The notes below the pieces were generated by a model. The model saw nothing but the letters and a program-made list of their open reading frames with translations, made no database searches and was not told the DNA's origin. From Nitrospirota bacterium (GTDB lineage Bacteria > Nitrospirota > Thermodesulfovibrionia > Thermodesulfovibrionales > UBA1546), in contig JACRGY010000106.1 of NCBI GenBank assembly GCA_016212165.1, positions 851-64,850 on the forward strand: a stretch of 64,000 nt of DNA, read 5' to 3'. A program made the translations under genes and the position numbers. Shown here piece by piece: positions 8,509 to 21,079 of the stretch. Each line of letters begins with the position of its first letter. The first letter of the stretch is position 1.

Positions 8509-8712
8509 ATGGGCTCGCTGAAAGAAAAAATAGGTCTAATGGAGAGGGATGAGATAATCGCCGCCCTTAAAGAAAGCAACTGGATTATGGCAAGGGCAGC
8601 GAGAAAGCTCGGAATTACGGAACGTATGATCGGTTACAAGATTAAAAAATACGGGATAAAGGAGGTGCGGTGGATTAAAGGGGCAGCACAAGAGGAACAA
8701 ACGGCAGGTTGA
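8509..8712 (+). CDS. stand-alone Fis-type HTH protein (equivalent to the C-terminal DNA-binding domain of an enhancer-binding protein)
   Basis: The track ORF starts at 8470 inside the -24/-12 promoter. The ATG at 8509 follows GAGGTG by 9 nt. ERDEIIAALKESNWIMARAARKLGITERMIGYKIKKYGI is an HTH_8 pattern. Confidence 0.7.
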   Translation: MGSLKEKIGLMERDEIIAALKESNWIMARAARKLGITERMIGYKIKKYGIKEVRWIKGAAQEEQTAG

Positions 8713-8767
8713 TAGGTTTTTAGCGGTCAATTTTATTGACCGATTTAGAAAAGGGAGGAACATTAAA

Positions 8768-9673
8768 ATGAAAAAGATGAGAATTTTAGTTTTGGCGCTG
8801 TTTGCGGCAGCTTTTTTTGCAAGCGGTGTTTTTGCAGAGGAAAAGAAAGTGGACGGCAAGACGGTCCATGAGGTGGAGACCGAGAAAGGGGCGACCCTGG
8901 CGCATACGGTAACGCCGGAGGCTTCACCGGTATCAGGCAGCGCATCAATCGCTGTCTATAACCGTTACGTATTCAGGGGCTATGAATTAAACTCGCACAG
9001 TTTTGTAATACAGCCCTCCATGAGCATTTCGTATAAAGGTCTTTCGGCATCGTTCTGGAGCAACATGGACAGTAATGTCAACAGTACTCAGAGCCTTACC
9101 AACGCAAACTATCTTGCAAATAATACAGGCAAGAAAGACATTAATGAGACCGATTATACGCTGAGCTATACCTATGTGATAAAGAAGCTTAGCCTGACAG
9201 GCGGTTATATCTATTATGGTACGGATTATACGCCTGAAACAGAGGAGGTATTCGCAACCGTGTCTTACGATACGCTGTTAAAGCCCGCATTCAGCGTCTA
9301 TCGCGATGTAAATGAGTACGGCGGTACCTATTACAATGTATCAATTGCACATTCGCTGCCGCTCTTTAAGGAAATAACACTTGACCTTGGCGCATCAGCC
9401 GGCTATTTCGCAGGAAGCGATCAGTACTGGAGCACATACGAGGCTTCAACAGGCGCATACACAGGCAAGAAATACAAGGCATTCCATGACGGCATGGTAA
9501 AAGCGGGCCTTACTATACCTGTAGCTAAAAATATGTCGCTTCAGCCTTTGGTCCAGTATTGGATTCCTTTGTCAGGCAAGGCAAAAAGGACTATAGACGG
9601 GGTTTCGTACAACCCGAATGGAAAGCTCGATAGCACCTTTGTGGGTGGTGTTAATCTCATATTGAGTTTTTAA
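8768..9673 (+). CDS. outer-membrane beta-barrel protein (Gcw_chp/TIGR02001-like putative porin)
   Basis: Signal peptide. Alternating beta-strand pattern (YVFRGYELN, LSYTY, GGYIYYG), C-terminal ...NLILSF. This family is commonly found upstream of amtB. Confidence 0.7.
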   Translation: MKKMRILVLALFAAAFFASGVFAEEKKVDGKTVHEVETEKGATLAHTVTPEASPVSGSASIAVYNRYVFRGYELNSHSFVIQPSMSISYKGLSASFWSNMDSNVNSTQSLTNANYLANNTGKKDINETDYTLSYTYVIKKLSLTGGYIYYGTDYTPETEEVFATVSYDTLLKPAFSVYRDVNEYGGTYYNVSIAHSLPLFKEITLDLGASAGYFAGSDQYWSTYEASTGAYTGKKYKAFHDGMVKAGLTIPVAKNMSLQPLVQYWIPLSGKAKRTIDGVSYNPNGKLDSTFVGGVNLILSF

Positions 9674-9694
9674 GAAGAATTCTGGAGGGATAAA

Positions 9695-11694
<2,000 letters not shown>

Positions 11695-11715
11695 GTAATG
11701 CGCGGTTTTAAAAAA

Positions 11716-11742
11716 AGGACGGGCAATGCCCGTCCTATTTTT
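11716..11742 (+). terminator. rho-independent terminator after glnK
   Basis: AGGACGGGC-aat-GCCCGTCCT (9-bp stem) followed by ATTTTT. Confidence 0.75.
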
Positions 11743-11775
11743 ATGGGCGCAAGCGGAATAGCTTTTATACAAAAA

Positions 11776-11791
11776 TGTCCTATCTATAACA
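11776..11791 (+). promoter_or_regulatory. NifA-type UAS (TGT-N10-ACA) upstream of nifH
   Basis: TGTcctatctataACA, ~75 nt upstream of the -24 element. It is formed between two ACAAAAATGT repeats spaced 21 nt apart. Confidence 0.6.
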
Positions 11792-11851
11792 AAAATGTTT
11801 ATTAGGCTTTACCCGGAGATTTTTAACTTAAAGCCTTTTCTTGATATTTAA

Positions 11852-12751
<900 letters not shown>

Positions 12752-12813
12752 TTAACGGTTTAAACCGCTTGAACTGTTCGAACCGTTTAACCTGTTAATA
12801 AAAGGAGGAAATA

Positions 12814-14241
12814 ATGAGTACAACAATTAAAGATACACAGAAGATGATAGAGGACGTACTGGAGGCGTATCCCGAGAAATCAAAAAAGGACCGGGCCAAG
12901 CATCTTGCGGCTAACGATCCAACGGGACAATGCAGTACCTGCCAGGTCAAGTCGAATGTTAAATCGAGGCCCGGGGTAATGACAGTGAGAGGTTGCGCTT
13001 ATGCAGGTGCGAAGGGCGTTGTCTGGGGCCCTGTAAAAGACCAGTTGACAATCAGTCACGGCCCTGTCGGCTGCGGCCAGTACAGTTGGTGGGCCAGAAG
13101 GAACTACTACAACGGTCAGACCGGGGTGGACACCTTTGGCACTATGCACATCACTACTGACTTTCAGGAAAAAGACATAGTATATGGCGGAGACAAGGGC
13201 CTGGATGCTGCCCTGCATGAGCTGAAAGAACTGTTTCCCCTTGCGAAAGGCATAGGCATTCTTTCGGAGTGCCCTGTCGGCCTTATAGGTGATGACATAG
13301 AAGCTGTATCAAAAAGGGTCGCAAAGGAATTCAATATTCCCATTGTGCCTGTCAGGTGCGAAGGATTCAGGGGTGTCAGCCAATCACTGGGGCATCATAT
13401 AGCTAATGACACTATCAGGGATTATGTATTGGGCAAGGGGACCCTTGAGAAAAGCACGCCTTATGATGTTGCGCTCATAGGAGATTACAACATCGGCGGA
13501 GATGCCTGGGCTTCGCGCAAGATGCTGGAAGAAATGGGGCTGCGGGTCATAGCACAGTGGACTGGAGATGCATCGGTCAATGAACTTGGGATAGCAACAA
13601 AGGCAAAGTTGAACCTGATACATTGTTATCGCTCCATGAACTATATTTGCAGGCACATGGAAGAGGAATACGGCATACCGTGGGTCGAATTCAACTTCTT
13701 CGGGCCCACGAAGATATACCAGAGCCTGAGGAAGATAGCCTCATACTTTGATGACAATATTAAAGAAAATGCCGAGAAGATGATAGAGAAATACAAGTCT
13801 GTCATGGACAAAGTTGTAGAGCAATTCAAACCAAGGCTTGAAGGCAAGAAAGTCATGCTGTATGTCGGAGGCTTGAGACCCAGGCATACTATCGGCGCCT
13901 ATGAAGACCTCGGCATGGAGGTGGTCGCTTCAGGATATGAGTTCGGGCATAACGACGATTACAAGAGAACATACGCTGAAATGAAAGAAGGCGCAGTAAT
14001 AATGGACGACGCCACCCTTTATGAACTGGAAGAGTTTACAAGGAGAATCAAGCCTGACATGGTCGGCTCCGGTATCAAGGAGAAGTATTCCTACCATAAG
14101 ATGGGAGTGCCTTTCAGGCAGATGCATTCATGGGATTATTCAGGCCCATATCACGGCTTTGACGGATTTCCGGTTTTTGCGCGTGACATGGATATGACGG
14201 TAAACAGCCCTACATGGGGATTGATACGGAGGAAGAAATGA
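12814..14241 (+). CDS. nifD: nitrogenase MoFe protein alpha chain
   Basis: 475 aa. FeMo-co ligand contexts [10 protein letters not shown] (Cys) and [13 protein letters not shown] (His). Confidence 0.95.
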   Translation: MSTTIKDTQKMIEDVLEAYPEKSKKDRAKHLAANDPTGQCSTCQVKSNVKSRPGVMTVRGCAYAGAKGVVWGPVKDQLTISHGPVGCGQYSWWARRNYYNGQTGVDTFGTMHITTDFQEKDIVYGGDKGLDAALHELKELFPLAKGIGILSECPVGLIGDDIEAVSKRVAKEFNIPIVPVRCEGFRGVSQSLGHHIANDTIRDYVLGKGTLEKSTPYDVALIGDYNIGGDAWASRKMLEEMGLRVIAQWTGDASVNELGIATKAKLNLIHCYRSMNYICRHMEEEYGIPWVEFNFFGPTKIYQSLRKIASYFDDNIKENAEKMIEKYKSVMDKVVEQFKPRLEGKKVMLYVGGLRPRHTIGAYEDLGMEVVASGYEFGHNDDYKRTYAEMKEGAVIMDDATLYELEEFTRRIKPDMVGSGIKEKYSYHKMGVPFRQMHSWDYSGPYHGFDGFPVFARDMDMTVNSPTWGLIRRKK

Positions 14242-15752
14242 AACCTTTGAAGATAAAAGACCACAATGAGCTTTTTCAGGAAAAGGAATATCTTGAACAG
14301 TTCGAGAGGAAAAAGGAATTCGAAAACCCATGGCCGGCTGAAAAAGTCAAAGAGATAGCCGAATGGACAAAAACCGAAGAATACAGGGAGCTGAATTTCA
14401 GCAGGAAGAACATCAAGATCAACCCTGCAAAGGCTTGCCAGCCACTGGGGGCAATATTCTGCTCGTCAGGGTTTGAGGGCACTATGCCCTTTGTCCAAGG
14501 CGCGCAGGGCTGCGTGGCCTATTTCAGAAGCCATCTCAACAGGCACTTCAAGGAGCCCTTTGCCTCTATCTCGACTTCAATGACAGAAGATGCGGCGGTC
14601 TTCGGAGGCCTGAACAACATGCTCGAAGGCCTTGAGAATGCATATGCGCTCTATAACCCCAAAATGTTTGCAGTATGTACTACCTGCATGGCCGAGGTGA
14701 TCGGGGACGACCTGAACGCGTATATAAGAACAGCGCGGGAAAAAGACCTGATACCAAAGGACCTGCCTGTGCCGTTTGCGCATACACCGAGTTTTGTCGG
14801 CTCATACTTAAACGGGTATGACAGCATGATGAAAGGAATTCTATCTTCAATCACATCCGGAAAGAAAGGAGAGCCAAACGGAAAGATCAATATAGTCCCC
14901 GGATTCGACACCTATACCGGAAATTACAGGGAATTAAAGAGGCTGCTCGATATAATGGATGTCAAACACACGATACTTTCCGATGTGAGCGATATTTTCG
15001 ATTCTCCGAATACAGGGGAATACAAGCTGTATCCCGGAGGCACTCCGCTTGTGGATGCGATAGACTCAATAAATGCTGAAGCTACGGTCGCGCTCCAGAG
15101 ATATTCAACCGTAAAGACAATGGACTATATACAGAAGGAGTGGGGACAGAAAACCTTTGTGCTTCCTCCTATCGGCATAAAGAACACAGACAGCTTTTTT
15201 GAAGAGATAAGCAGGGTAACCGGCAAGGCAATTCCCCGTGAGATAGAAGATGAAAGGGGAAGGGCCGTTGATGCAATGATAGACTCCCATCCATATGTAC
15301 ATGGAAAGAGGTTTGCCCTTGTCGGTGATCCGGACCTCCTTTTGGGCCTTATCAGCTTTATTATGGAAATGGGAGGGACTCCGGTGCATATAGTTTGCAC
15401 CAACGGGGATAAGACATTTGAGGAAGAGGCGAACAACTTGCTTGGCGAAAGCCAGTTTGGGAAAGAAGGGAAGGTATATATCGGCAAGGATATGTGGCAT
15501 TTGAGGTCCTTGATGTTTACCGAACCTGTTGATCTGCTTATAGGAAATTCATATGCAAAGTTCCTCTGGAGGGATACGGGGACGCCGCTTATAAGGATAG
15601 GGTTCCCGCTCTTTGACAGGCACCATTTGCACAGGTATCCGATAATCGGCTATCAGGGCGTGCTGAATTTAGTGAACTGGGTGGTCAACACAGTGCTTGA
15701 CGAACTGGACAGAAAGACGATGCACACAACGAGTTTTGATGTAATAAGGTGA
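14238..15752 (+). CDS. nifK: nitrogenase MoFe protein beta chain
   Basis: ATGA overlap with the nifD stop. GGAGGAAG RBS. ACQPLGA...[12 protein letters not shown] pattern. Confidence 0.93.
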   Translation: MKPLKIKDHNELFQEKEYLEQFERKKEFENPWPAEKVKEIAEWTKTEEYRELNFSRKNIKINPAKACQPLGAIFCSSGFEGTMPFVQGAQGCVAYFRSHLNRHFKEPFASISTSMTEDAAVFGGLNNMLEGLENAYALYNPKMFAVCTTCMAEVIGDDLNAYIRTAREKDLIPKDLPVPFAHTPSFVGSYLNGYDSMMKGILSSITSGKKGEPNGKINIVPGFDTYTGNYRELKRLLDIMDVKHTILSDVSDIFDSPNTGEYKLYPGGTPLVDAIDSINAEATVALQRYSTVKTMDYIQKEWGQKTFVLPPIGIKNTDSFFEEISRVTGKAIPREIEDERGRAVDAMIDSHPYVHGKRFALVGDPDLLLGLISFIMEMGGTPVHIVCTNGDKTFEEEANNLLGESQFGKEGKVYIGKDMWHLRSLMFTEPVDLLIGNSYAKFLWRDTGTPLIRIGFPLFDRHHLHRYPIIGYQGVLNLVNWVVNTVLDELDRKTMHTTSFDVIR

Positions 15753-15758
15753 GGCAAA

Positions 15759-15848
15759 CCACCCCTGCCCCTCCTTAACCAAGGCGGGGAGTGGATACCA
15801 AAAGCTCCCCTCCTATTTCAGGAGGGGTGGCCGAAGGCCGGGGTGGTA
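15759..15848. repeat. GC-rich tandem hairpin (REP-like) block after nifK
   Basis: CCCCTCCTT-aacc-AAGGCGGGG and CCCCTCC-tatttca-GGAGGGG hairpins, plus GGCCgaaGGCC. Confidence 0.6.
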
Positions 15849-15883
15849 ATAAAAAGAAGGATGATTTGCGAAAGAAAAATTAA

Positions 15884-16624
15884 ATGAATGAAATGATACT
15901 TATAGGATTATGCTTTTTCTCTATCGCCGTGCTTTACTCCACGGTGGGGCATGCAGGAGCGTCGGGATATCTGGCAACGATGGCCTTGCTAGCGTTTTCT
16001 CCGGATGTAATGAAGCCGACAGCGCTTGCATTAAATATCGTTGTTGCCCTGGTCACAAGTTATCGGTTTTATACTGCAGGGCTTTTCTCATGGCGATTGT
16101 TCCGGCCTTTTGCAGTTACGTCTGTGCCATTGGCATATCTGGGAGGCGGGCTGACCGTTAACTCCGATATCTACAGACTATTGGTCGGCAGCGCATTACT
16201 GTTTTCGGCAGTGTATCTTATAATTCGCTATCGTGCATTGGGGAGTAACGACACTGAAATACGCTTGCCCGGCATTCCAATATCTCTGATAGTCGGCGGC
16301 GTTATTGGTTTTGTATCCGGCCTTACCGGAGTCGGCGGCGGAATTTTTCTGAGCCCGGTGCTGGTTATTGCGCGATGGGCGGGATTGAGGCAGACGTCAG
16401 CTCTTGCCGCCTTCTTCATACTCGTGAACTCTATTTCAGGGCTGGTCGGGCATTTGCAAAAAGGCGGAACAGTTCCGGAGAATCTTCCTGTTTGGGGTAT
16501 TCTGGTTCTTGCCGGCGGTTTCATCGGCGCGTCGCTCGGAGCAACAAAGATTAATAACCCGGTACTCAGGGTGCTGCTCAGCATAATACTTGCTTTTGCA
16601 GGGATAAAGATGGCGGTAATCTGA
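15884..16624 (+). CDS. TSUP-family (TauE/SafE) anion exporter-like membrane protein
   Basis: 246 aa, ~8 TM, with two internal repeats ending in GVGGG. Confidence 0.8.
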   Translation: MNEMILIGLCFFSIAVLYSTVGHAGASGYLATMALLAFSPDVMKPTALALNIVVALVTSYRFYTAGLFSWRLFRPFAVTSVPLAYLGGGLTVNSDIYRLLVGSALLFSAVYLIIRYRALGSNDTEIRLPGIPISLIVGGVIGFVSGLTGVGGGIFLSPVLVIARWAGLRQTSALAAFFILVNSISGLVGHLQKGGTVPENLPVWGILVLAGGFIGASLGATKINNPVLRVLLSIILAFAGIKMAVI

Positions 16625-16640
16625 AGGAAAGAGGATTGAA

Positions 16641-19235
16641 ATGTTAACAGGCATAGATAAATTAATGGATAAGGGTTGTGGAACGGAGAAGAAGGACAAG
16701 GTCTGCCGCTCGCGCGGCGGGGAATCCTGTGCCTTTGACGGCGCCATGATAGTCCTTCAGCCTATAGCTGATACGGCGCATATTGTGCATGGCCCCATTG
16801 CATGCTGCGGCAACTCATGGGAGGGAAGGGGAACATTATCGTCAAAGGGAAACCTTCATGCGATGGGTTTTACTACGGACATAAATGAGATGGATATAGT
16901 TTATGGTTCGGAAGAAAAACTATACAGGGCGGTTCTTCAGACTTACGAGGCTGTAAAACCAAAGGCAATTTTTGTCTATGCAACATGCGTGAGCGGGCTA
17001 ATCGGAGAGGATATCGAGGCCGTATGTAAAAAAGCCGAGGCGCAGTTCGGCTGCAGGATTATCCCGGTCAATGCGCCCGGATTTGTCGGGCCGAAGAATC
17101 TTGGTAACAGAATAGCGGGCGAAGTTCTGCTCGATCACGTAATAGGGACGGGTGAGCCGCCGGCTGTTTCAGATTTTGATATCAATCTTATCGGCGAATA
17201 TAACATTGCAGGGGATCAATGGCTTGTAGAGCCTGTGCTTAAGAAAGCCGGCATAAGAATTCTTTCGAGGATCACTGGAGACGCTACCTTCGAGGAGATA
17301 ACATACGCGCATAGGGCAAAGCTGAATGTAGTCGTTTGCAGCCGCGCCTTGATAAATGTCGCCAGGGAGATGGAAAGGAAATACAGCATTCCATACGTTG
17401 AGGTCTCCTTTTTCGGGAAGACCGAGATGACAAAAGCATTAAGGGTCATCAGTTGTCAGCTATCAGCTATCAGCTATCAGATCTCGGAAAAAGTCGAAGA
17501 GACAATCGCTGCCGAAGAAGCTAAACTCGAACACAGACTGAAAGATTATAAGCACCTCAAAGGCAAGAAAGCTGTCCTTTATACCGGCGGCGTGAAGAGC
17601 TGGTCCTTCATCTCTGCGCTCCTTGATATTGGAATTGAGATCGTTGCGGTAGGCACGAAAAAGAGCACCCTTGAGGACGAAGAGAAGATGAAAAAGATTC
17701 TGGGAGAAAATGCGCCGTTGGTTGAAGACGTAACACCCAAGAACCTGCTCAGGCTTTTGAAAGATAGAAATGCTGATATCCTTGTCGCGGGAGGAAGAAA
17801 CCAGTATCTTGCCGTAAAAGAGGGCTATCCTTTTGTGGATGTTAATCAGGAAAGGCATACGGCATATGCGGGTTATGACGGGCTTATAAATTTAGCCGAA
17901 CAAATAAGCAACGGCATGAGGTTTTATGCAAAGCATAGGTCCTATATGTCGAATAAGAACTATGAGCAAAAATCGGAAACGAGCGTTGTCATCAACCCCC
18001 TCAAGCATTCCCAGACCATAGGCGCTGCGATGGCTTTTCAGGGCATTGACAATGCGTTGCCCATAATCCACGGGGCCCAGGGGTGTGCCTTTCTCGGCAA
18101 GGTGTTACTGACAAAGCATTTCAGGGAACCCATTGCGCTTGCGAGTACAAAGCTTTTTACCGAAGACGTGGTCATGGGAAGCGAGGAGAACCTTGTTAAA
18201 ACAGTTGAGGGGGTCATCGAAAAAAATAATCCCGATGTGATAGGCATTTTAACGTCAGGGCTTTCAGAAGTAAAAGGAGACGACATAGCCGATACCGTGA
18301 AGCGATTCACGATTCACGATTCGCGATCCACGATTGTTTGCATTCCGACGCCTGACTATGAAAGCGGTCTGGAGGCGGGCTACACAAAGGCGGTGGAGGC
18401 GATTGTAAACAATGTGGCTGGCAGTGAGGCCGGCTGTCGCAGGACATATACCGAAGACAATATTATAAACGTGCTTGTCGGCTGCCATCTTACTCCGGCG
18501 GACTTTACAGAATTAAGGGAAATAATCGAATCATTCGGTTTAAGAGCCATCATGCTTCCTGATATGTCTGCCCTTGACGGAAGCAGACAGGGTTTTTCCG
18601 CATTGGCAAGAGGCGGTACAAAGACAGACGAGATAAAAAGGATGGGCGATTCAAAATTTACTATCGCAATAGGCACAAGTATGGAGTCCCCGGCACGCAA
18701 GCTGAAGGAGCGTTTTAATATCGAATACCGGGTGATAGGCAGCATGGCAGGACTGGGGGGCATGGATATTTTTATGGAAATACTCTCCATGCTGAGCAGC
18801 AATAACATGCCTCCGAAATATAAAAGGCAGCGGAGGATACTGATAGACGGCATGAGGGACGCGCATTTTTATTTCGGCGGCAAAAAAATATGCCTTGCGC
18901 TTGAGACGGATCTTTCTGTGCAGGTATCCCGCTGTCTTGATGAAATGGGTGCGGATGTAATGCTCTCTGTAATACCGGCCCGTTCATTATTGGCGGATGG
19001 AATTAGTGCGAGGAAAGTTATCACAGGGGATTTGTTTTCCATAGAAGGGGACTATGATCTGATTATCTCAAACTCCCATGCCGTGGATACTGCCAGGAAG
19101 CTTGGAGCGCCTTTGTATCAGATGGGATTCCCTGTTTACAAAATTTTAGGCAATACGTCAAAGGTTACCATCGGATACAGGGGAACGCTTTCGATGATAA
19201 ATGAAATAGCTAATTTATTTGCCAAGGAGGTCTAA
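16641..19235 (+). CDS. nifEN: fused NifE-NifN FeMo-cofactor scaffold
   Basis: 864 aa. The N-terminal half is NifE-like (CAFDGA, GPIACCG, YATCVSGLIGEDI). From about aa 450 (nt ~17980) it is NifN-like (NPLKHSQTIGAAMAFQG, IHGAQGC). No stop or frameshift between the halves. Confidence 0.9.
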   Translation: MLTGIDKLMDKGCGTEKKDKVCRSRGGESCAFDGAMIVLQPIADTAHIVHGPIACCGNSWEGRGTLSSKGNLHAMGFTTDINEMDIVYGSEEKLYRAVLQTYEAVKPKAIFVYATCVSGLIGEDIEAVCKKAEAQFGCRIIPVNAPGFVGPKNLGNRIAGEVLLDHVIGTGEPPAVSDFDINLIGEYNIAGDQWLVEPVLKKAGIRILSRITGDATFEEITYAHRAKLNVVVCSRALINVAREMERKYSIPYVEVSFFGKTEMTKALRVISCQLSAISYQISEKVEETIAAEEAKLEHRLKDYKHLKGKKAVLYTGGVKSWSFISALLDIGIEIVAVGTKKSTLEDEEKMKKILGENAPLVEDVTPKNLLRLLKDRNADILVAGGRNQYLAVKEGYPFVDVNQERHTAYAGYDGLINLAEQISNGMRFYAKHRSYMSNKNYEQKSETSVVINPLKHSQTIGAAMAFQGIDNALPIIHGAQGCAFLGKVLLTKHFREPIALASTKLFTEDVVMGSEENLVKTVEGVIEKNNPDVIGILTSGLSEVKGDDIADTVKRFTIHDSRSTIVCIPTPDYESGLEAGYTKAVEAIVNNVAGSEAGCRRTYTEDNIINVLVGCHLTPADFTELREIIESFGLRAIMLPDMSALDGSRQGFSALARGGTKTDEIKRMGDSKFTIAIGTSMESPARKLKERFNIEYRVIGSMAGLGGMDIFMEILSMLSSNNMPPKYKRQRRILIDGMRDAHFYFGGKKICLALETDLSVQVSRCLDEMGADVMLSVIPARSLLADGISARKVITGDLFSIEGDYDLIISNSHAVDTARKLGAPLYQMGFPVYKILGNTSKVTIGYRGTLSMINEIANLFAKEV
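17450..17480 (+). repeat. heptanucleotide tandem repeat inside nifE (CAGTTGT, then CAGCTAT x3, then CAG)
   Basis: Read directly from the sequence. It encodes ..SCQLSAISYQI.. in a variable NifE linker. Confidence 0.9.
18303..18337 (+). repeat. heptanucleotide tandem repeat inside nifN (CGATTCA x2, CGATTCG, CGATCCA, CGATTGT)
   Basis: Read directly from the sequence. It encodes ..RFTIHDSRSTIV... Confidence 0.9.
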
Positions 19236-19239
19236 CCGG

Positions 19240-19635
19240 ATGAAAATAGCGTTTGCAACAACGGACGGCGTTAATGTAGACGAGCATTTTGGCAGGGCTG
19301 GAATGTTTTCCGTTTACGAATTAAATATGGAAGGTTACAGGTTTATTGAGCTTCGGAAATTTGCGGAAGGCAGGGACAGTGAAATAGAAAATACAAAAGG
19401 TCTTCGGGTGGAGCATGATGAGAAAGTGCAGAAGAAGGTCGAGAGACTCGCGGACTGCAAGATAGTATACCTTACGGAAATAGGCGGGCCTTCGGCAGCA
19501 AGGCTTATTAAAAAAGGTATGATGCCGGTTAAGGTTAAGGAGATAGTTTCTATCGAGGAGTCATTGAAGAGTCTTCTGGAAACAATAAAAAAATCTCCTC
19601 CACCGTGGCTTAGAAAGGCAGTGAATAGCGAATAG
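19240..19635 (+). CDS. nifX: NifX-family FeMo-cofactor carrier protein
   Basis: MKIAFATTDGVNVDEHFGRA... (NifX/NafY/NifB C-terminal domain fold). AAGGAGG RBS 9 nt upstream. The track start at 19219 lacks an RBS. Confidence 0.85.
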   Translation: MKIAFATTDGVNVDEHFGRAGMFSVYELNMEGYRFIELRKFAEGRDSEIENTKGLRVEHDEKVQKKVERLADCKIVYLTEIGGPSAARLIKKGMMPVKVKEIVSIEESLKSLLETIKKSPPPWLRKAVNSE

Positions 19636-19719
19636 CAGTCAGCTTTCAGCGATCAGCAAGAACAGACTGAGCAATAGAAATTATTTTAACTGACAGCTAT
19701 CGGCTGAGTGCTGATAGCT
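19633..19719. repeat. inverted arrays of CAGC/GCTG-type heptamers (hairpin-forming)
   Basis: CAGTCAGCTTTCAGCGATCAGC ... CTGACAGCTATCGGCTGAGTGCTGATAGCT. Shares AGCTATCAGC with the nifE-internal repeat. Confidence 0.75.
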
Positions 19720-19739
19720 AATAAAAAGGAGGAAGTGCA

Positions 19740-20057
19740 ATGAAGATGATAAGGGCTTTTATAAGACCTGAAAAGGAGCAGGAGGTGGTACTGGCATTGG
19801 AAGGAGCAGGGTTCCCGTCTTTAACAAAGATGCCTGTATTCGGCAGAGGAAAACAGAAAGGGCTTCAGGTAGGCCCTGTGCATTATGATGAACTTCCCAA
19901 GATGCTTGTAATGATGGTAGTAAATGACAGGGACGTTGAAAAGGTAGTAGATTTGATACATGAAAAGGCAAAAACGGGGTTTGTCGGCGACGGCAAAATC
20001 TTCGTCAGTCCTGTCGAGAACGCCTACACAGTGAGGACGGGGGAGGCCGGGCTATGA
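19740..20057 (+). CDS. nifI1: P-II-like nitrogenase regulator NifI1
   Basis: 105 aa GlnB-like protein with GDGKIFVSPVE. Paired with a longer-T-loop paralogue. Confidence 0.8.
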   Translation: MKMIRAFIRPEKEQEVVLALEGAGFPSLTKMPVFGRGKQKGLQVGPVHYDELPKMLVMMVVNDRDVEKVVDLIHEKAKTGFVGDGKIFVSPVENAYTVRTGEAGL

Positions 20058-20473
20058 AAGAGATTACGGCAATTATCAGGAGGGACAAGCTTCCTGAGAC
20101 TAAAAAGGCGCTTGAGGATTTGGGATACCCTTCTCTTTCAATCCAGAGTGTTGATGGCAGGGGAAAACAGAGGGGCGCTGTCTGCGACTACGACCTTGAC
20201 CCTGAACTGCCTGACAGTTTTTGCACACCTGTCAGGTTGAAGCCGACGCCTTCATCGTATGCCCTGGAGCACACATTGCCTAAAGTCGCACTGTTTGTCC
20301 CCAAGTGGATGCTTACGATGGTTGTGCCTGACGACCTGGTGACTTCGATAGTGAAGGCGATAATCAAGGTCAACAAGACAGGCAAGACAGGAGACGGAAA
20401 AATATTTGTTTCGCCCATCGAAAGCGCGGTGAGAGTCAGGACAGGGGAAAAGGACGGAGAGGCGATAGCGTAA
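20054..20473 (+). CDS. nifI2: P-II-like nitrogenase regulator NifI2
   Basis: 139 aa. GlnB fold with a ~35-aa expanded T-loop. ATGA overlap with nifI1. Confidence 0.8.
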   Translation: MKEITAIIRRDKLPETKKALEDLGYPSLSIQSVDGRGKQRGAVCDYDLDPELPDSFCTPVRLKPTPSSYALEHTLPKVALFVPKWMLTMVVPDDLVTSIVKAIIKVNKTGKTGDGKIFVSPIESAVRVRTGEKDGEAIA

Positions 20474-20479
20474 TATGAG

Positions 20480-20681
20480 AATTCAGAGAAACAGAATTGA
20501 CTTTCGCTTTAGACGAGATTTTTCGACAGTTCTAAAGCTTATTCCGCTACAGCCGCAAAACTCACCCCGAAAGCTTTCGGGGTTCAGACAGTTGCGGCTG
20601 TTGACGCTTCATTTCGCTAAGAGCTATTACCGAAAAATCTCGAATGTCGCTCAAGCCAATTCTGTTTCTTGTTTATGAATT
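20480..20681. repeat. ~202-bp nested imperfect palindrome (MITE-like element or structured RNA)
   Basis: Paired blocks: GAGAAACAGAATTG/CAATTCTGTTTCT, CGAGATTTTTCG/CGAAAAATCTCG (12 bp), CAGCCGCAA/TTGCGGCTG (9 bp). The central ACCCCGAAAGCTTTCGGGGT is a perfect 20-nt palindrome. Confidence 0.8.
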
Positions 20682-20697
20682 TATAAAGGAGATTGTT

Positions 20698-20973
20698 ATG
20701 GCAATTATGGGATACACAAGAGGCGGGAAGGAATGGACGCCAAAATTTATTGAATCAATTGACGTAGAAAAATGCATCGGGTGCGGCAGGTGCTATAAGG
20801 TCTGCAGCAGGGATGTCCTTGAACTTATAGAGAAACCTTTCGAAGGCGAAGACGAATATGGAGACGATATGGGTAACAAGGTGATGTCCGTTGTGCGGCC
20901 TGAAAACTGCATCGGCTGCGAGGCGTGCTCAAAGGCGTGTACAAAGAAGTGTCATGTACATGCAGCAATATAG
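20698..20973 (+). CDS. 2x[4Fe-4S] ferredoxin (nif-associated, ferredoxin III-like)
   Basis: CIGCGRCYKVC and CIGCEACSKAC motifs separated by an acidic insert. AAGGAG RBS. The track start at 20644 lies inside the palindrome. Confidence 0.85.
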   Translation: MAIMGYTRGGKEWTPKFIESIDVEKCIGCGRCYKVCSRDVLELIEKPFEGEDEYGDDMGNKVMSVVRPENCIGCEACSKACTKKCHVHAAI

Positions 20974-21079
20974 GCAGGGGCGGACGTTCGTTCGTCCCTG
21001 TTTGCTGACATTGAGTTCATGTGCATGAGAAAAGTTCTTTAACGCCCCTTTTTTAGCAAACAAAAATATCCTACAAAAA

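Noticed and set aside
17450-19719. Short regularly spaced repeats as a possible CRISPR array.
   Set aside because: The units are 7 nt and directly abutting, with no spacers and no cas genes. They are tandem heptamer repeats.
20475-20678. 67-aa plus-strand ORF between nifI2 and fdx.
   Set aside because: It lies entirely within the 202-bp nested palindrome, has no RBS, and its Arg/Phe-rich product is implausible. The region is better explained as a repeat or RNA element.
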